64,000 bases of DNA from Actinomycetes bacterium (GTDB lineage Bacteria > Actinomycetota > Acidimicrobiia > Acidimicrobiales > JAMCPL01). The notes beneath the pieces are model-generated. The model did no database searches. It had not been told where the DNA came from and was given only the letters and a program-made list of their open reading frames with translations. The DNA lies in the NCBI GenBank assembly GCA_021841005.1, contig JAKBVZ010000020.1, forward strand, positions 20,752 to 84,751. The letters run 5' to 3'. How positions within the stretch are numbered: the stretch's first letter is position 1; the number at the start of each line of letters is the position of its first letter. The translations under genes were made by a program, and so were the position numbers. Below, in pieces: positions 18,226-29,611 of this stretch.

Positions 18226-19959
18226 ATGACCCTTATAGAAGAAAAAGCCGCTGCACCTGCACGTGTTCAAAGCCGACCTGAACCTGTACACCATGCCGAA
18301 CCGAGCGGCCTGGTAAAGTGGCTCACCAGCACAGATCACAAGGTGATCGGCAAATCGTACATGTTTACATCTCTTGCCCTCATGATTATTGGTGGGGCAA
18401 TGGCGTTGTTGATACGCGCCCAGCTGGCCAGCCCGCACAGCTCCCTCCTGTCTTTCCAGCAATACAACGAGCTGTTCACCATGCACGGCAGCATCATGAT
18501 CTACCTGTTTGTAGGTCCGTTCGCATTCGGTGGACTGGCCAACTATGTAGTACCACTGCAGATCGGGGCACCCGACATGGCATTTCCAAGGTTGAACGCG
18601 CTCTCGTACTGGCTGTATCTGGGCGGATCGATCATCATGCTTCTGGGTTTCTTTACTGCAAGCGGTGCTGCTGATTTCGGATGGGTGGCTTACGCTCCGC
18701 TTTCCAGTGCTGTCAATTCCCCTGGTGCTGGACCTGATGCATGGATAGCGGCACTGATCCTTACCGGTTTTTCCGCTATTTTTACAGGTGTCAACCTGGT
18801 AACTACAATCTTCTACCTGCGAGCGCCTGGCATGACAATGTTCAGAATGCCGATATTTGTATGGAATATGCTGGTGACCGCTATACTCATCCTGATTGCC
18901 TTCCCCGTGCTGACCAGTGCTCTCGTCATGCTCTACGCAGACCGGCATTTCGGTATGGATATCTTTTCCGTCAAGGGTGGTGGTGTCCCGGTCTTGTGGC
19001 AGAATCTGTTCTGGTTCTGGGGACATCCGGAAGTCTATATACTGGCATTGCCATTCTTCGGGGTGATCACAGAGATCATACCGGTCTTTTCGAAAAAGCC
19101 GATATTCGGCTACAAGGGTATGGTGTTTGCCACGCTTGCGATAGCGGCACTATCCACTGGAGTATGGGGACACCACATGTTCACCACTGGAGTGGTGTTG
19201 CTGCCGTTCTTCTCGTTACTGTCCCTGCTGATCGCGGTACCAACCGGGATAAAGTTCTTCAACTGGATAGCCACCATGTGGAGAGGCCAGATCACCTTTA
19301 CCACCCCCATGCTCTGCGCAATAGGTTTTCTCATCACCTTCCTGATCGGTGGTCTCACGGGGATGTTCCTCGCATCTCCACCAGTCGATTTTCAGATGCA
19401 TGACACTTACTTCGTGGTGGCCCACTTTCACAGCGTAATATTTGCCCTGGTAATTGCAGCAATCGGCGCACTGTACTTCTGGTGGCCCAAAATGTTCGGC
19501 TGGTACCTCAATGACAGGATAGGCAAGGTACAGTTCTGGCTGCTGTTTGTAGGCGTGAACGCCACCGTGATCCCATGGTATATCCTCGGCCTGCACGGCA
19601 TGCCTAGGCGTGTGGCAGTGTACAGTACGGGCATGGGGTGGCACGCACTGAATATCGCTGCAACCGTCGGTGCGGATATCACCGGTGTCTCATTCCTTGT
19701 ATTCCTCTTGAATGTCTACCTCTCTTGGGACAAGAAGGTACCTGCGCCCAACAATCCCTGGGACGGTACCACTTTGGAATGGTTTACAAGTTCGCCCCCT
19801 CCGACGCACAATTTTACGCGGATCCCACCCATTCGCTCGGAACGACCGGTCTGGGACTACAACCACCCAAATGCCGTAGCCATACCGGCTCACACAAATG
19901 AGAACAACGACAAGCATGCATCGCCTCCAACCGGTGCCGACGACGACGGAGGTGATTGA
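18226..19959 (+). CDS. ctaD: Cytochrome c oxidase subunit I
   Basis: Canonical heme-copper oxidase motifs are present (WFWGHPEVYIL, HHMFTTG, VAHFHSV). 577 aa. Confidence 0.95.
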   Translation: MTLIEEKAAAPARVQSRPEPVHHAEPSGLVKWLTSTDHKVIGKSYMFTSLALMIIGGAMALLIRAQLASPHSSLLSFQQYNELFTMHGSIMIYLFVGPFAFGGLANYVVPLQIGAPDMAFPRLNALSYWLYLGGSIIMLLGFFTASGAADFGWVAYAPLSSAVNSPGAGPDAWIAALILTGFSAIFTGVNLVTTIFYLRAPGMTMFRMPIFVWNMLVTAILILIAFPVLTSALVMLYADRHFGMDIFSVKGGGVPVLWQNLFWFWGHPEVYILALPFFGVITEIIPVFSKKPIFGYKGMVFATLAIAALSTGVWGHHMFTTGVVLLPFFSLLSLLIAVPTGIKFFNWIATMWRGQITFTTPMLCAIGFLITFLIGGLTGMFLASPPVDFQMHDTYFVVAHFHSVIFALVIAAIGALYFWWPKMFGWYLNDRIGKVQFWLLFVGVNATVIPWYILGLHGMPRRVAVYSTGMGWHALNIAATVGADITGVSFLVFLLNVYLSWDKKVPAPNNPWDGTTLEWFTSSPPPTHNFTRIPPIRSERPVWDYNHPNAVAIPAHTNENNDKHASPPTGADDDGGD

Positions 19960-19962
19960 CAG

Positions 19963-20355
19963 ATGAAGGTCGAAGGAGTTGTCCTGATCAGCATCGGGAT
20001 ATTCATGGCAATGGTATCCGTCGGCTACTGGTTCTGGTCAGGAGAACCCTCCGGTACGGCAATGCTCATAGGTTCTGTACTGCTTGGTCTGTTGCCAGGA
20101 GGATATTATTACTGGTGGGCGAAACACATGAGGCCCAGACCAGAGGATCGCCCCGATGCGACCATGAAAGAGGGAGCAGGTGTCATCGGCTCGTTCCCAC
20201 ATGGCTCCATGTGGCCACTGGTGTTTGGGGCCGGAGCTTTTCTTACCGGTCTCGCACTTGCGTTCGGGTGGTGGTTTCTACCCCCTGGAGCAGGCCTTAT
20301 AGTGGTGGCTACGTTAGGAGTTACAATGCAATCCAGACGTGGCGGCACGATATAG
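19963..20355 (+). CDS. ctaF: Cytochrome c oxidase subunit IV, actinobacterial type
   Basis: 130-aa four-helix protein immediately after ctaD. Its sequence style (YWFWSGEPSGTAML...GGYYYWW) is typical of actinobacterial CtaF. Confidence 0.75.
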   Translation: MKVEGVVLISIGIFMAMVSVGYWFWSGEPSGTAMLIGSVLLGLLPGGYYYWWAKHMRPRPEDRPDATMKEGAGVIGSFPHGSMWPLVFGAGAFLTGLALAFGWWFLPPGAGLIVVATLGVTMQSRRGGTI

Positions 20356-20364
20356 AGCTATAGA

Positions 20365-21351
20365 TCAGCGCGCAGGAACAGAAACCGCCGCAACCATCTC
20401 AAACACTACAAATACCACCCAGGGCAGAGCCGCCATGACAAGATATCTGCCCCGGCCGTGACCGTTCCACAGCCCGAACAGCAGGTATCCAGCGGTAACC
20501 ACGGTAAGCACAGCGCTTACGACAGCCGCATCCGGAAGGTGCCAGGGAGTAAATACCACGGCCACAAAGCCCAGGATGCAGCTCTGAAATGCCGCAGATC
20601 CTGCTACGTTACCAAACGCCAACCCATCAGACCCAGATCGCACCCAGAGTACGCTATTCAGCGTTTCCGGAAACTCTGTCGCCAGCGGTATCACGACAAG
20701 TGCAAGCACAAGCGGATCGACATGGAGCCTGCCGGCCACAATTCCGATCTGAGCCACAAAAATATCCGAACCGGCAACAAGACAGGCAACTGACAGAAGG
20801 AGTTGCAGCGTAACCAGGCTCCAATGCGGTTTCTCGCCGCGATGGAACGTAACATGAAGCGGCTCGGGCATGCCCCCCGTTGAAGTACTCTTCTTCAGGG
20901 TAACGCCCACATATACTGCATACAACACGATTAGGCAGAACCCCCATATGACATGGATCACATGGTCAAATGGCATGATTACCAGGGACCCGGAGAAAGC
21001 ACCGAGAAATACCCCTAGGTCCAGACGACTCTGCGACTTCGGTACTGAGAGTGCCGGCTGGGAACGGCGGAGCATCACAGCCACTCCGGTAATCGCCGCT
21101 CCCAGGCCGAGAAGCATGAACGACGAGCCGAGTACGGCCCCTGTCGCTATCGCTGTGGAATGCGGTCGGGCCGCTGCGATTGCCACAATGGGTACAATGG
21201 TCTCCGGTAACGACGTGCCCAGCGCAGCCAGCAGGCTCCCGGTAGCACCGGTACCCAGCTCCAGCAGGAACCCTGCCCATTCCACTGCATTAGTGAAGAG
21301 TTCCGCACCAGCCACAATGGCAACGACGCTTACGATAAAAAGAAATACCAT
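20365..21351 (-). CDS. Ca2+/cation antiporter (CaCA family, Na+/Ca2+ exchanger-like)
   Basis: Two alpha-repeat signatures (GTSLPETIV and ATEFPETLNS) in a polytopic membrane protein. Confidence 0.8.
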   Translation of the reverse strand: MVFLFIVSVVAIVAGAELFTNAVEWAGFLLELGTGATGSLLAALGTSLPETIVPIVAIAAARPHSTAIATGAVLGSSFMLLGLGAAITGVAVMLRRSQPALSVPKSQSRLDLGVFLGAFSGSLVIMPFDHVIHVIWGFCLIVLYAVYVGVTLKKSTSTGGMPEPLHVTFHRGEKPHWSLVTLQLLLSVACLVAGSDIFVAQIGIVAGRLHVDPLVLALVVIPLATEFPETLNSVLWVRSGSDGLAFGNVAGSAAFQSCILGFVAVVFTPWHLPDAAVVSAVLTVVTAGYLLFGLWNGHGRGRYLVMAALPWVVFVVFEMVAAVSVPAR

Positions 21352-21431
21352 ACCGTACTCATGGCATACTCCTCATAGCTTCCCCAGGGGATTGCAGAGC
21401 GCATTCAGTCAAGGGAGAATACGCCGACCAG

Positions 21432-21674
21432 TTATCCCTCGATCACATCACCGAGCAGATCGACCTCCACCCCTACAGACCTCAACCACGAAAGCGCAGA
21501 CTCCACGTTGTCCGGCTCCCCTCCGATCTCGCATAGGATCCAGCCCTCTCCATCATCCACATTGGCCTTTCTAATGTTTGGCTCGACATCGTGATCCTTC
21601 ACCAAGCGAGCCAGAACCGGCTCGCGTACCAATTGCTCAGGGAATATCAGCTTCACCCTGACTTTCACCGACAC
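21432..21674 (-). CDS. Stand-alone NIL-domain protein
   Basis: The 80-aa protein (KVRVKLIFPEQLVREPVLARLVKDHDVEPNIRKANVDDGEGWILCEIGG) matches the NIL domain found at the C-terminus of MetN-type ATPases. Confidence 0.7.
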   Translation of the reverse strand: MSVKVRVKLIFPEQLVREPVLARLVKDHDVEPNIRKANVDDGEGWILCEIGGEPDNVESALSWLRSVGVEVDLLGDVIEG

Positions 21675-21683
21675 TCACCTTCC

Positions 21684-22481
21684 TCACCACATGCCTCCGC
21701 CTGTCCGGTAGCCCTCGAGATCCAGCACAACATACTTGAAGCCTACTCCATACACGGCATGCAATATCTCCATCCGCATGTCCATAGCTGCCGGCAGCTC
21801 ATCCGCACCAATCTCCAATCGAGCTATTTCCCCATGGTGCCTCACGCGTACCTGCCTGAGCCCGAGTTTCCTGAGCGCATTTTCAGCACGTGCAACTTGA
21901 GAGAGCATGCCTACTTCTATAGGAGTACCGTGAGGAATACGTGACGACAGGCAAGCCATTGAGGGCTTGTCCCATATATCCAGGGACAACGATCCAGCTA
22001 TCGACCGGACTTCCTCTTTGCCTATACCGGCTCGCACGAAGGGGAACACCGCTCCGCGTTGCTGCGCAGCTGCTTGGCCTGGCCGGACGTCACTGAGGTC
22101 GTCCAGATTGACTCCGAGCACCACGGTGGCACCCTCATCTTCTGCTATGGGTTCCAATGCGTCCATCAGGGCGTTCTTGCAGTGATAGCATCGATCGGAT
22201 CCATTAGATACGTAGTCCGGGTTATCGAACTCTTCCGTATGTACTTCCCGCAGGCGTAACCCCCACTGCCGAGCATATTTCCTGCATGCCTCCAACTCCG
22301 TTGCCGCCAACGAGGCCGACACTGCCGTCACGCAAAGGGCACCCGGCGGTCCCAGAACGCTGTTAGCCACCCATGCCAGCAGTCCTGAATCCACCCCACC
22401 TGAAAAAGCCACCACCACCTTGCCAAGATCATGCAACTCTTTCTCCAGCGCTGCAAGCTTGACCGGTGGTCGGCTGGACAT
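21684..22481 (-). CDS. LarE-like PP-loop ATP-dependent sulfur transferase (TIGR00268-like)
   Basis: PP-loop VVAFSGGVDSG. Cys motifs RCYHCK and MACLSSR. I moved the start to the ATG at 22481, directly after the hemQ stop (ORF track gives 22649). Confidence 0.7.
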   Translation of the reverse strand: MSSRPPVKLAALEKELHDLGKVVVAFSGGVDSGLLAWVANSVLGPPGALCVTAVSASLAATELEACRKYARQWGLRLREVHTEEFDNPDYVSNGSDRCYHCKNALMDALEPIAEDEGATVVLGVNLDDLSDVRPGQAAAQQRGAVFPFVRAGIGKEEVRSIAGSLSLDIWDKPSMACLSSRIPHGTPIEVGMLSQVARAENALRKLGLRQVRVRHHGEIARLEIGADELPAAMDMRMEILHAVYGVGFKYVVLDLEGYRTGGGMW

Positions 22482-22486
22482 TGCCA

Positions 22487-24839
<2,353 letters not shown>

Positions 24840-24915
24840 TTATCTTTGCCGGTAAGTCCTCAGGCGGCCACAGTCCACACACGGACCAGCAGCCACCAGA
24901 GAAGTATATCATCAC

Positions 24916-24942
24916 TTAGCACTCTAGTCTGTCGAGTGCTAA
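24916..24942. promoter_or_regulatory. CIRCE (HrcA operator) upstream of groEL
   Basis: Perfect consensus TTAGCACTC-N9-GAGTGCTAA, 100 nt upstream of the groEL start codon. Confidence 0.9.
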
Positions 24943-24949
24943 TAGCTAA

Positions 24950-25048
24950 TCACTTTCAGGATGATCGTGCAAGTACGCCTTCCGCTGCGGCCACTATGCC
25001 GCAGCCCGTGCATTACGGCTGTCACTTTCAGGATGATCGTGCAAGTAC
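24950..25048. repeat. MIRU-like element, locus A: 27-bp direct repeat flanking a 45-bp hairpin core (72-bp period)
   Basis: TCACTTTCAGGATGATCGTGCAAGTAC occurs at 24950-24976 and at 25022-25048. The core contains CTGCGGCCACTATGCCGCAG (7-bp stem, 6-nt loop). Confidence 0.9.
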
Positions 25049-25355
25049 ACTGTTCCGCGCCTCAATACTCAATATATGTGCACTGCGCAATGCATCGACC
25101 CGTTTTCATATCGACACGTTGCCACCACCACCAAATTGACATGAAATTGCAATGCAACGGTAAAGAGTTTGTCATATTTGTGGGTTATAGTATGTTTGGT
25201 AGCAAGTAGGCGCTCATCGGGCAACCTGAACGGCCGTTCGAATCTGAAAGGGCGTTCGTGCGTCTATTGCCAAGGATGCGATTCATATACGCAACCGCTA
25301 CAAGTGGCGTGCACTCTCCGGGAGGAGTGCCTTGACCGGACAGGAGAGTGAAACC

Positions 25356-28300
25356 ATGTCATTTGGAAAGAGAGGCCGCAGATTAAGGGTATTGTCGGGT
25401 ATTTTGCCGGGCGTGCTACCGGTAGCAATTGTGGCAGCCGTATTGCTGCCTCTCCTGGCCACAGCAGCAAATGCAGCTACAGTTCCCCAGGTGGTAAACG
25501 TTTCAGCAAGCGTGGCTGGTGGTTCTGGCTCAGCTGGAGGATGGGAGGTATCCAACGCCGCTCAACTGCCCGTCAGCGCTCTTACCGCAATATCCTGCCC
25601 TGCCACTGGTGATTGCGTGGCTGTGGGCCAGGGATTGTCCGGCAATACGATATCCGCCGTGACCTCGAATGGCGGGCTGGATTGGACAGTGCAGCAACTG
25701 CCTAGTGAGGTAGGCTCGCTTACCGGGATATCCTGCCCGACTACGCAAGCGTGCTTTGCTGTGGGGCAGGCATCCGAACCTTACAACAGCTTCACCCCAG
25801 GTGGAATCGTCGTATCCACCAGTAATGGTGGCTCCAGCTGGACTATCCAGGACATCCCCGGAGGAGTATCGTCGCTGACCGGCATCTCGTGTGCAGCTTC
25901 ATCCGATTGCTGGGTAGTGGGAAGCAACACTGCGTCTGTACCGGTAATGCTCAGTACCACAAACGGTGGTACCACTTGGACCGCTACTACACCCCCGGCT
26001 CCCGCCGGTAATCTTGATGTAATATCCTGTCCTGCTACAACTCACTGCGTAGCCACCGGTGCCAGTGGCGCAGTAGTAGTCACATCTGACGGGGGGAAGA
26101 CGTGGACAGTCCCACCCGTACCAAACGACACCACCAATCTTGATTCCGTATCATGCGCGGATGTCATGTTCTGCATGACCGTGAATATCCTTCCTTACAG
26201 CGGCAACTTCCGGGTCCGGAACGAGTCATCCACAGGTTTAGTAAGCTCATTTCAAACCTCCGCAGGCTCGGCTACAGCCCAGTCTGTATGGGTCACCACC
26301 GACGGAGGAACCACCTGGACAGTAGAGCAGGTGCCATCCAATATTATTCAACTGGCAGGTGTCTCATGCGCGCCTGCGTCCTCCAGCACCATCACAGGAA
26401 CAGCCTCTACCGTCTACACACCTTGTACTGCAATAGGTACGGAAGTCACCTCCGGCACACCCGATAATCCAATTACAGAAAACACGGTCGTACTCGCGTC
26501 CACTGACGGCGGATCGACCTGGAATACGGAGAACACTTCACCATCGACGGTTAATCTATTGGCGATATCGTGCAACGATATCACTGATTGCGTAGCCGTA
26601 GGTGCTGAGTCTCCCAACACCTCAACGACCTCACTGCCCACCCTGCTTGGAGGGTCCGAAACCAGTATAGCGTTGTCCACCACAGACGGAGGCAACGCAT
26701 GGAATCTTACGAACGTCCCTACTGCCAGCCAGGTACTCCTGAATGTGAACTGTGCCAGCACATCTGACTGCGTGGCGGTCGGCTCCACCACGGGAACCGG
26801 TGGAAGCACTGCAGCTCTCGCACTTTCCACCTCCAACGGGGGACAGACTTGGAGGCCGGAAAATCCACCTGCCAATGCGCCATTGCTGGATGTCTCCTGC
26901 CCGACTACGACTCAGTGTACAGCGGTGGGCGGTAATCCTATAGGGGGAATCTTCGGCCCCGGACCTGCAACCATTGTAAGCACTTCCAATGGAGGATCTT
27001 CGTGGACATCCGGGACTATACCGAACAATTTGTTGAGCATCCTCGGGGTCTCTTGCGCTTCTGTCAATTTCTGCGTATCCGTGGGTGCAGGGTTCCCTCC
27101 CAATGCCAAATCCGGGTATTCCTTGTCCAGCATAGTAGGTGTCATCCTTGTCAGCACCGATGGTGGCACCTCATGGAAAGAGCCGGCTTCATATCCAGGC
27201 GATGTGCTTTCCTCCGTGTCATGTCCTACAGTGTCCACGTGCTACGCATCAGGCAGTTCCATTCTCGGATCTGAGGGATTCAATGGGTTACCGGGAATGG
27301 TGGTGAAGACCATCAACGGTGGAAGCACGTGGTCGGTACTGCAGCCTGCCGGCAAGGACACCCCCGAACTGAACGGCATTGCATGTTCCTCTGCCACCCA
27401 GTGCGTCGTATCCGGAGGATCGTTACTGAACGGCCTTGAGGGCGGGAGCGGTGTAAGTGGCGGCTTGGGGTTCACCACCACAAACGGTGGAGCAAGCTGG
27501 AATAAATCCGCCTTCCCTTCAGGATCGCAGCCAGTCATGCGAATTTCCTGCGCAAATACTCAGGACTGCTGGGCAGCCAGTGGTGAATTATTCTCACCTT
27601 CTTCCGGAGGCATTCTGGCCAGCACCGATGGAGGAGTACAGTGGACCGAGCAGGCACTGCCCGTACAGCCTATGTCCATGTTCGGGGTATCGTGTCCCTC
27701 GACCACCGGCTGCTACGCTGCCGGATTGACGCCAAGCCAAAGCATTCTGCTCTCGACAACGACCGGAGGCTGGCTGGTGCCTGCTATTAGCTCTGTCAGC
27801 CCTAGCGACGGTTTCTCCTACGGTGGAACTACAGTGACCCTGTCAGGTACCGGATTCGTTCAAGGTCACACGGTGGTCAATTTCGGCACTGCGCCAAGTC
27901 CATCCGTAGATGTCCAGTCATCTTCTGAGCTGACCGCGGTGGCACCACCGGGAAGCGGAACTGTCAATGTCACGGTTCAAACTCCTGGCGGGACGACCAC
28001 CCCTACCAGTCATACCACCTTCAGTTACCAGCCTGCCGGCAGCTACACCTCTAGGGCAGCTTCCCCTTTCACGCCGGTCACTCCTTACCGTATAGCGGAC
28101 ACAAGACTGGGCTCCGGTGAGCCCTACGCGGGCCAGACCCTTGACACTGGCAGCGTGCTGAGCGTCAAGATCGGAGGTACCCAGCCTCAAGGGAGTGGCA
28201 ACGGTATACCCATCAGCGCCACAGCGGCAGTGATCAACGTAACCGCCGTCAACGCCGCTTCTCCAGGCTACCTGACCGTATGGCCAGCCGGGTATTCCAA

Positions 28301-29333
28301 GAGCACCTCCTCCGCGGTCAACTATTCCGGTACTGCGCCGGTCGCCAATCTGGTGACCGTTCCAATTGGACTGAACGGCCAGGTAAATGTATATGCCTCC
28401 AGCGGGCCGGTGGACGTGGTAATGGACGCGGAAGGCTGGTACGGCCCTGCAGGTACCAGCGGCTTTACCGCGATTAGTCCTTATCGTATAGCGGATACAA
28501 GGCCAGACTCCGGTGAGCCTTACGCGGGACAGACCCTTGCTCCCCATCGTGTGCTCACCATAAAGACCACTGGAACCGGCGCTACGCCCGCCAACGGCGG
28601 TGCCGGCGTTCCGATCACTGCCACTGCCGTAGACTTGAACGTAACCGCCGTCAACGCCGCTTCTCCAGGCTACCTGACCGTATGGCCAGCCGGCCAGGCA
28701 CGCCCGTTGGCATCCACAGTCAACTTCTCAGCACCTCCTATAATCTCGCCGGTGATACTGGATGGAAACCCGGCAACCTCATCGGGTCCCTTGCCTGTAT
28801 CGAACTCGGTTGCAGTAGCAGTGTCCTCCTCTGGTGAAATAAGCATTTATAACGGTTCGCAGGGAAGTATCAACGTAGTGGTGGACGTACAAGGCTGGTT
28901 CTCCACCCCAGACAGTACGAGCGCCTCTGGAAGTTCTCCTTTAAAGTTCACGCCAGTCAATCCCTACCGTATAGCGGACACGAGACCGGGTTCCGATGAG
29001 CCCTACGCGGGACAGACTCTTGCTCCCCATGGTGTGCTCACCATAAAAGCAGGTGGGACAGCCCCTCTGGGCAATGCCAACGGCGGTACCGGCATTCCGA
29101 TCACTGCCACCGCTGTAGTACTGAACGTTACCGTTGCCACCTCCGATGCATCAGGCTACCTGACCGTATGGCCGGCAGGCCAGGCACGCCCGTTGGCATC
29201 CAATACCAACTATGGAAAGGACACGATAATTGCAAGCCAAGTGGTCGTCCCTCTCGGATCAGGAGACAGCATCTCGATTTACAACTCAGCCGGCTACACC
29301 AACGTAGTGGTGGACGTGGAAGGCTGGTTCTGA
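25356..29333 (+). CDS. Large secreted protein: 14 BNR/Ycf48-like propeller units + IPT/TIG domain + three copies of an uncharacterised PYRIADTR domain
   Basis: Signal peptide MSFGKRGRRLRVLSGILPGVLPVAIVAAVLLPLLATAANA. There are 14 units, each pairing [IV]SC-x5-C-x-[AV]xG with S-x-[DN]-G-G-x-x-W. An IPT-like segment follows (SVSPSDGFSYGGTTVTLSGTGF). Then come three 128-161 aa repeats. I moved the start to the ATG at 25356, after GGAGAG. Confidence 0.8.
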   Translation: MSFGKRGRRLRVLSGILPGVLPVAIVAAVLLPLLATAANAATVPQVVNVSASVAGGSGSAGGWEVSNAAQLPVSALTAISCPATGDCVAVGQGLSGNTISAVTSNGGLDWTVQQLPSEVGSLTGISCPTTQACFAVGQASEPYNSFTPGGIVVSTSNGGSSWTIQDIPGGVSSLTGISCAASSDCWVVGSNTASVPVMLSTTNGGTTWTATTPPAPAGNLDVISCPATTHCVATGASGAVVVTSDGGKTWTVPPVPNDTTNLDSVSCADVMFCMTVNILPYSGNFRVRNESSTGLVSSFQTSAGSATAQSVWVTTDGGTTWTVEQVPSNIIQLAGVSCAPASSSTITGTASTVYTPCTAIGTEVTSGTPDNPITENTVVLASTDGGSTWNTENTSPSTVNLLAISCNDITDCVAVGAESPNTSTTSLPTLLGGSETSIALSTTDGGNAWNLTNVPTASQVLLNVNCASTSDCVAVGSTTGTGGSTAALALSTSNGGQTWRPENPPANAPLLDVSCPTTTQCTAVGGNPIGGIFGPGPATIVSTSNGGSSWTSGTIPNNLLSILGVSCASVNFCVSVGAGFPPNAKSGYSLSSIVGVILVSTDGGTSWKEPASYPGDVLSSVSCPTVSTCYASGSSILGSEGFNGLPGMVVKTINGGSTWSVLQPAGKDTPELNGIACSSATQCVVSGGSLLNGLEGGSGVSGGLGFTTTNGGASWNKSAFPSGSQPVMRISCANTQDCWAASGELFSPSSGGILASTDGGVQWTEQALPVQPMSMFGVSCPSTTGCYAAGLTPSQSILLSTTTGGWLVPAISSVSPSDGFSYGGTTVTLSGTGFVQGHTVVNFGTAPSPSVDVQSSSELTAVAPPGSGTVNVTVQTPGGTTTPTSHTTFSYQPAGSYTSRAASPFTPVTPYRIADTRLGSGEPYAGQTLDTGSVLSVKIGGTQPQGSGNGIPISATAAVINVTAVNAASPGYLTVWPAGYSKSTSSAVNYSGTAPVANLVTVPIGLNGQVNVYASSGPVDVVMDAEGWYGPAGTSGFTAISPYRIADTRPDSGEPYAGQTLAPHRVLTIKTTGTGATPANGGAGVPITATAVDLNVTAVNAASPGYLTVWPAGQARPLASTVNFSAPPIISPVILDGNPATSSGPLPVSNSVAVAVSSSGEISIYNGSQGSINVVVDVQGWFSTPDSTSASGSSPLKFTPVNPYRIADTRPGSDEPYAGQTLAPHGVLTIKAGGTAPLGNANGGTGIPITATAVVLNVTVATSDASGYLTVWPAGQARPLASNTNYGKDTIIASQVVVPLGSGDSISIYNSAGYTNVVVDVEGWF

Positions 29334-29335
29334 GA

Positions 29336-29611
29336 TCAGCCGCCGGCGACAGCAGGAACGACCGAGAGGGTCTGCCCATCCGTGACAGGTGTGTCCAGGC
29401 CATCGAGAAAACGGACATCCTCATCGGCTAGGAACACATTGACAAACCTCCGCAGACTGCCGGACTCGTCAAACAATCTCTCACCGATACCTGGGTACTT
29501 GGCATCAAGTTCCCTCAGCGTGTCTCCGACAGTCGCTCCACTGATACTGACCTCACCCAGTCCATCGGTGAGTTCCCGTAGCTGCGATGGTATCCTTACT
29601 GTAACGCTCAT
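29336..29611 (-). CDS. MoaD/ThiS-family sulfur-carrier protein (MetO/CysO-like), C-terminal GG
   Basis: 91-aa beta-grasp-like protein ending in AVAGG. It lies downstream of the threonine-synthase-like gene. Start is the ATG at 29611, preceded by GAGGAG (ORF track extends to 29665 through the repeat). Confidence 0.75.
   Translation of the reverse strand: MSVTVRIPSQLRELTDGLGEVSISGATVGDTLRELDAKYPGIGERLFDESGSLRRFVNVFLADEDVRFLDGLDTPVTDGQTLSVVPAVAGG

Noticed and set aside
24961-25209. An 82-aa ORF (MIVQVRLPLRPLCRSPCITAVTFRMIVQVH...) in the groEL upstream region. Also ORFs 46013..46309 and 46062..46289.
   Set aside because: They read straight through the MIRU-like units. Their internal peptide repeats are just the 72-bp DNA period (24 codons). 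No RBS or conservation signal is visible.
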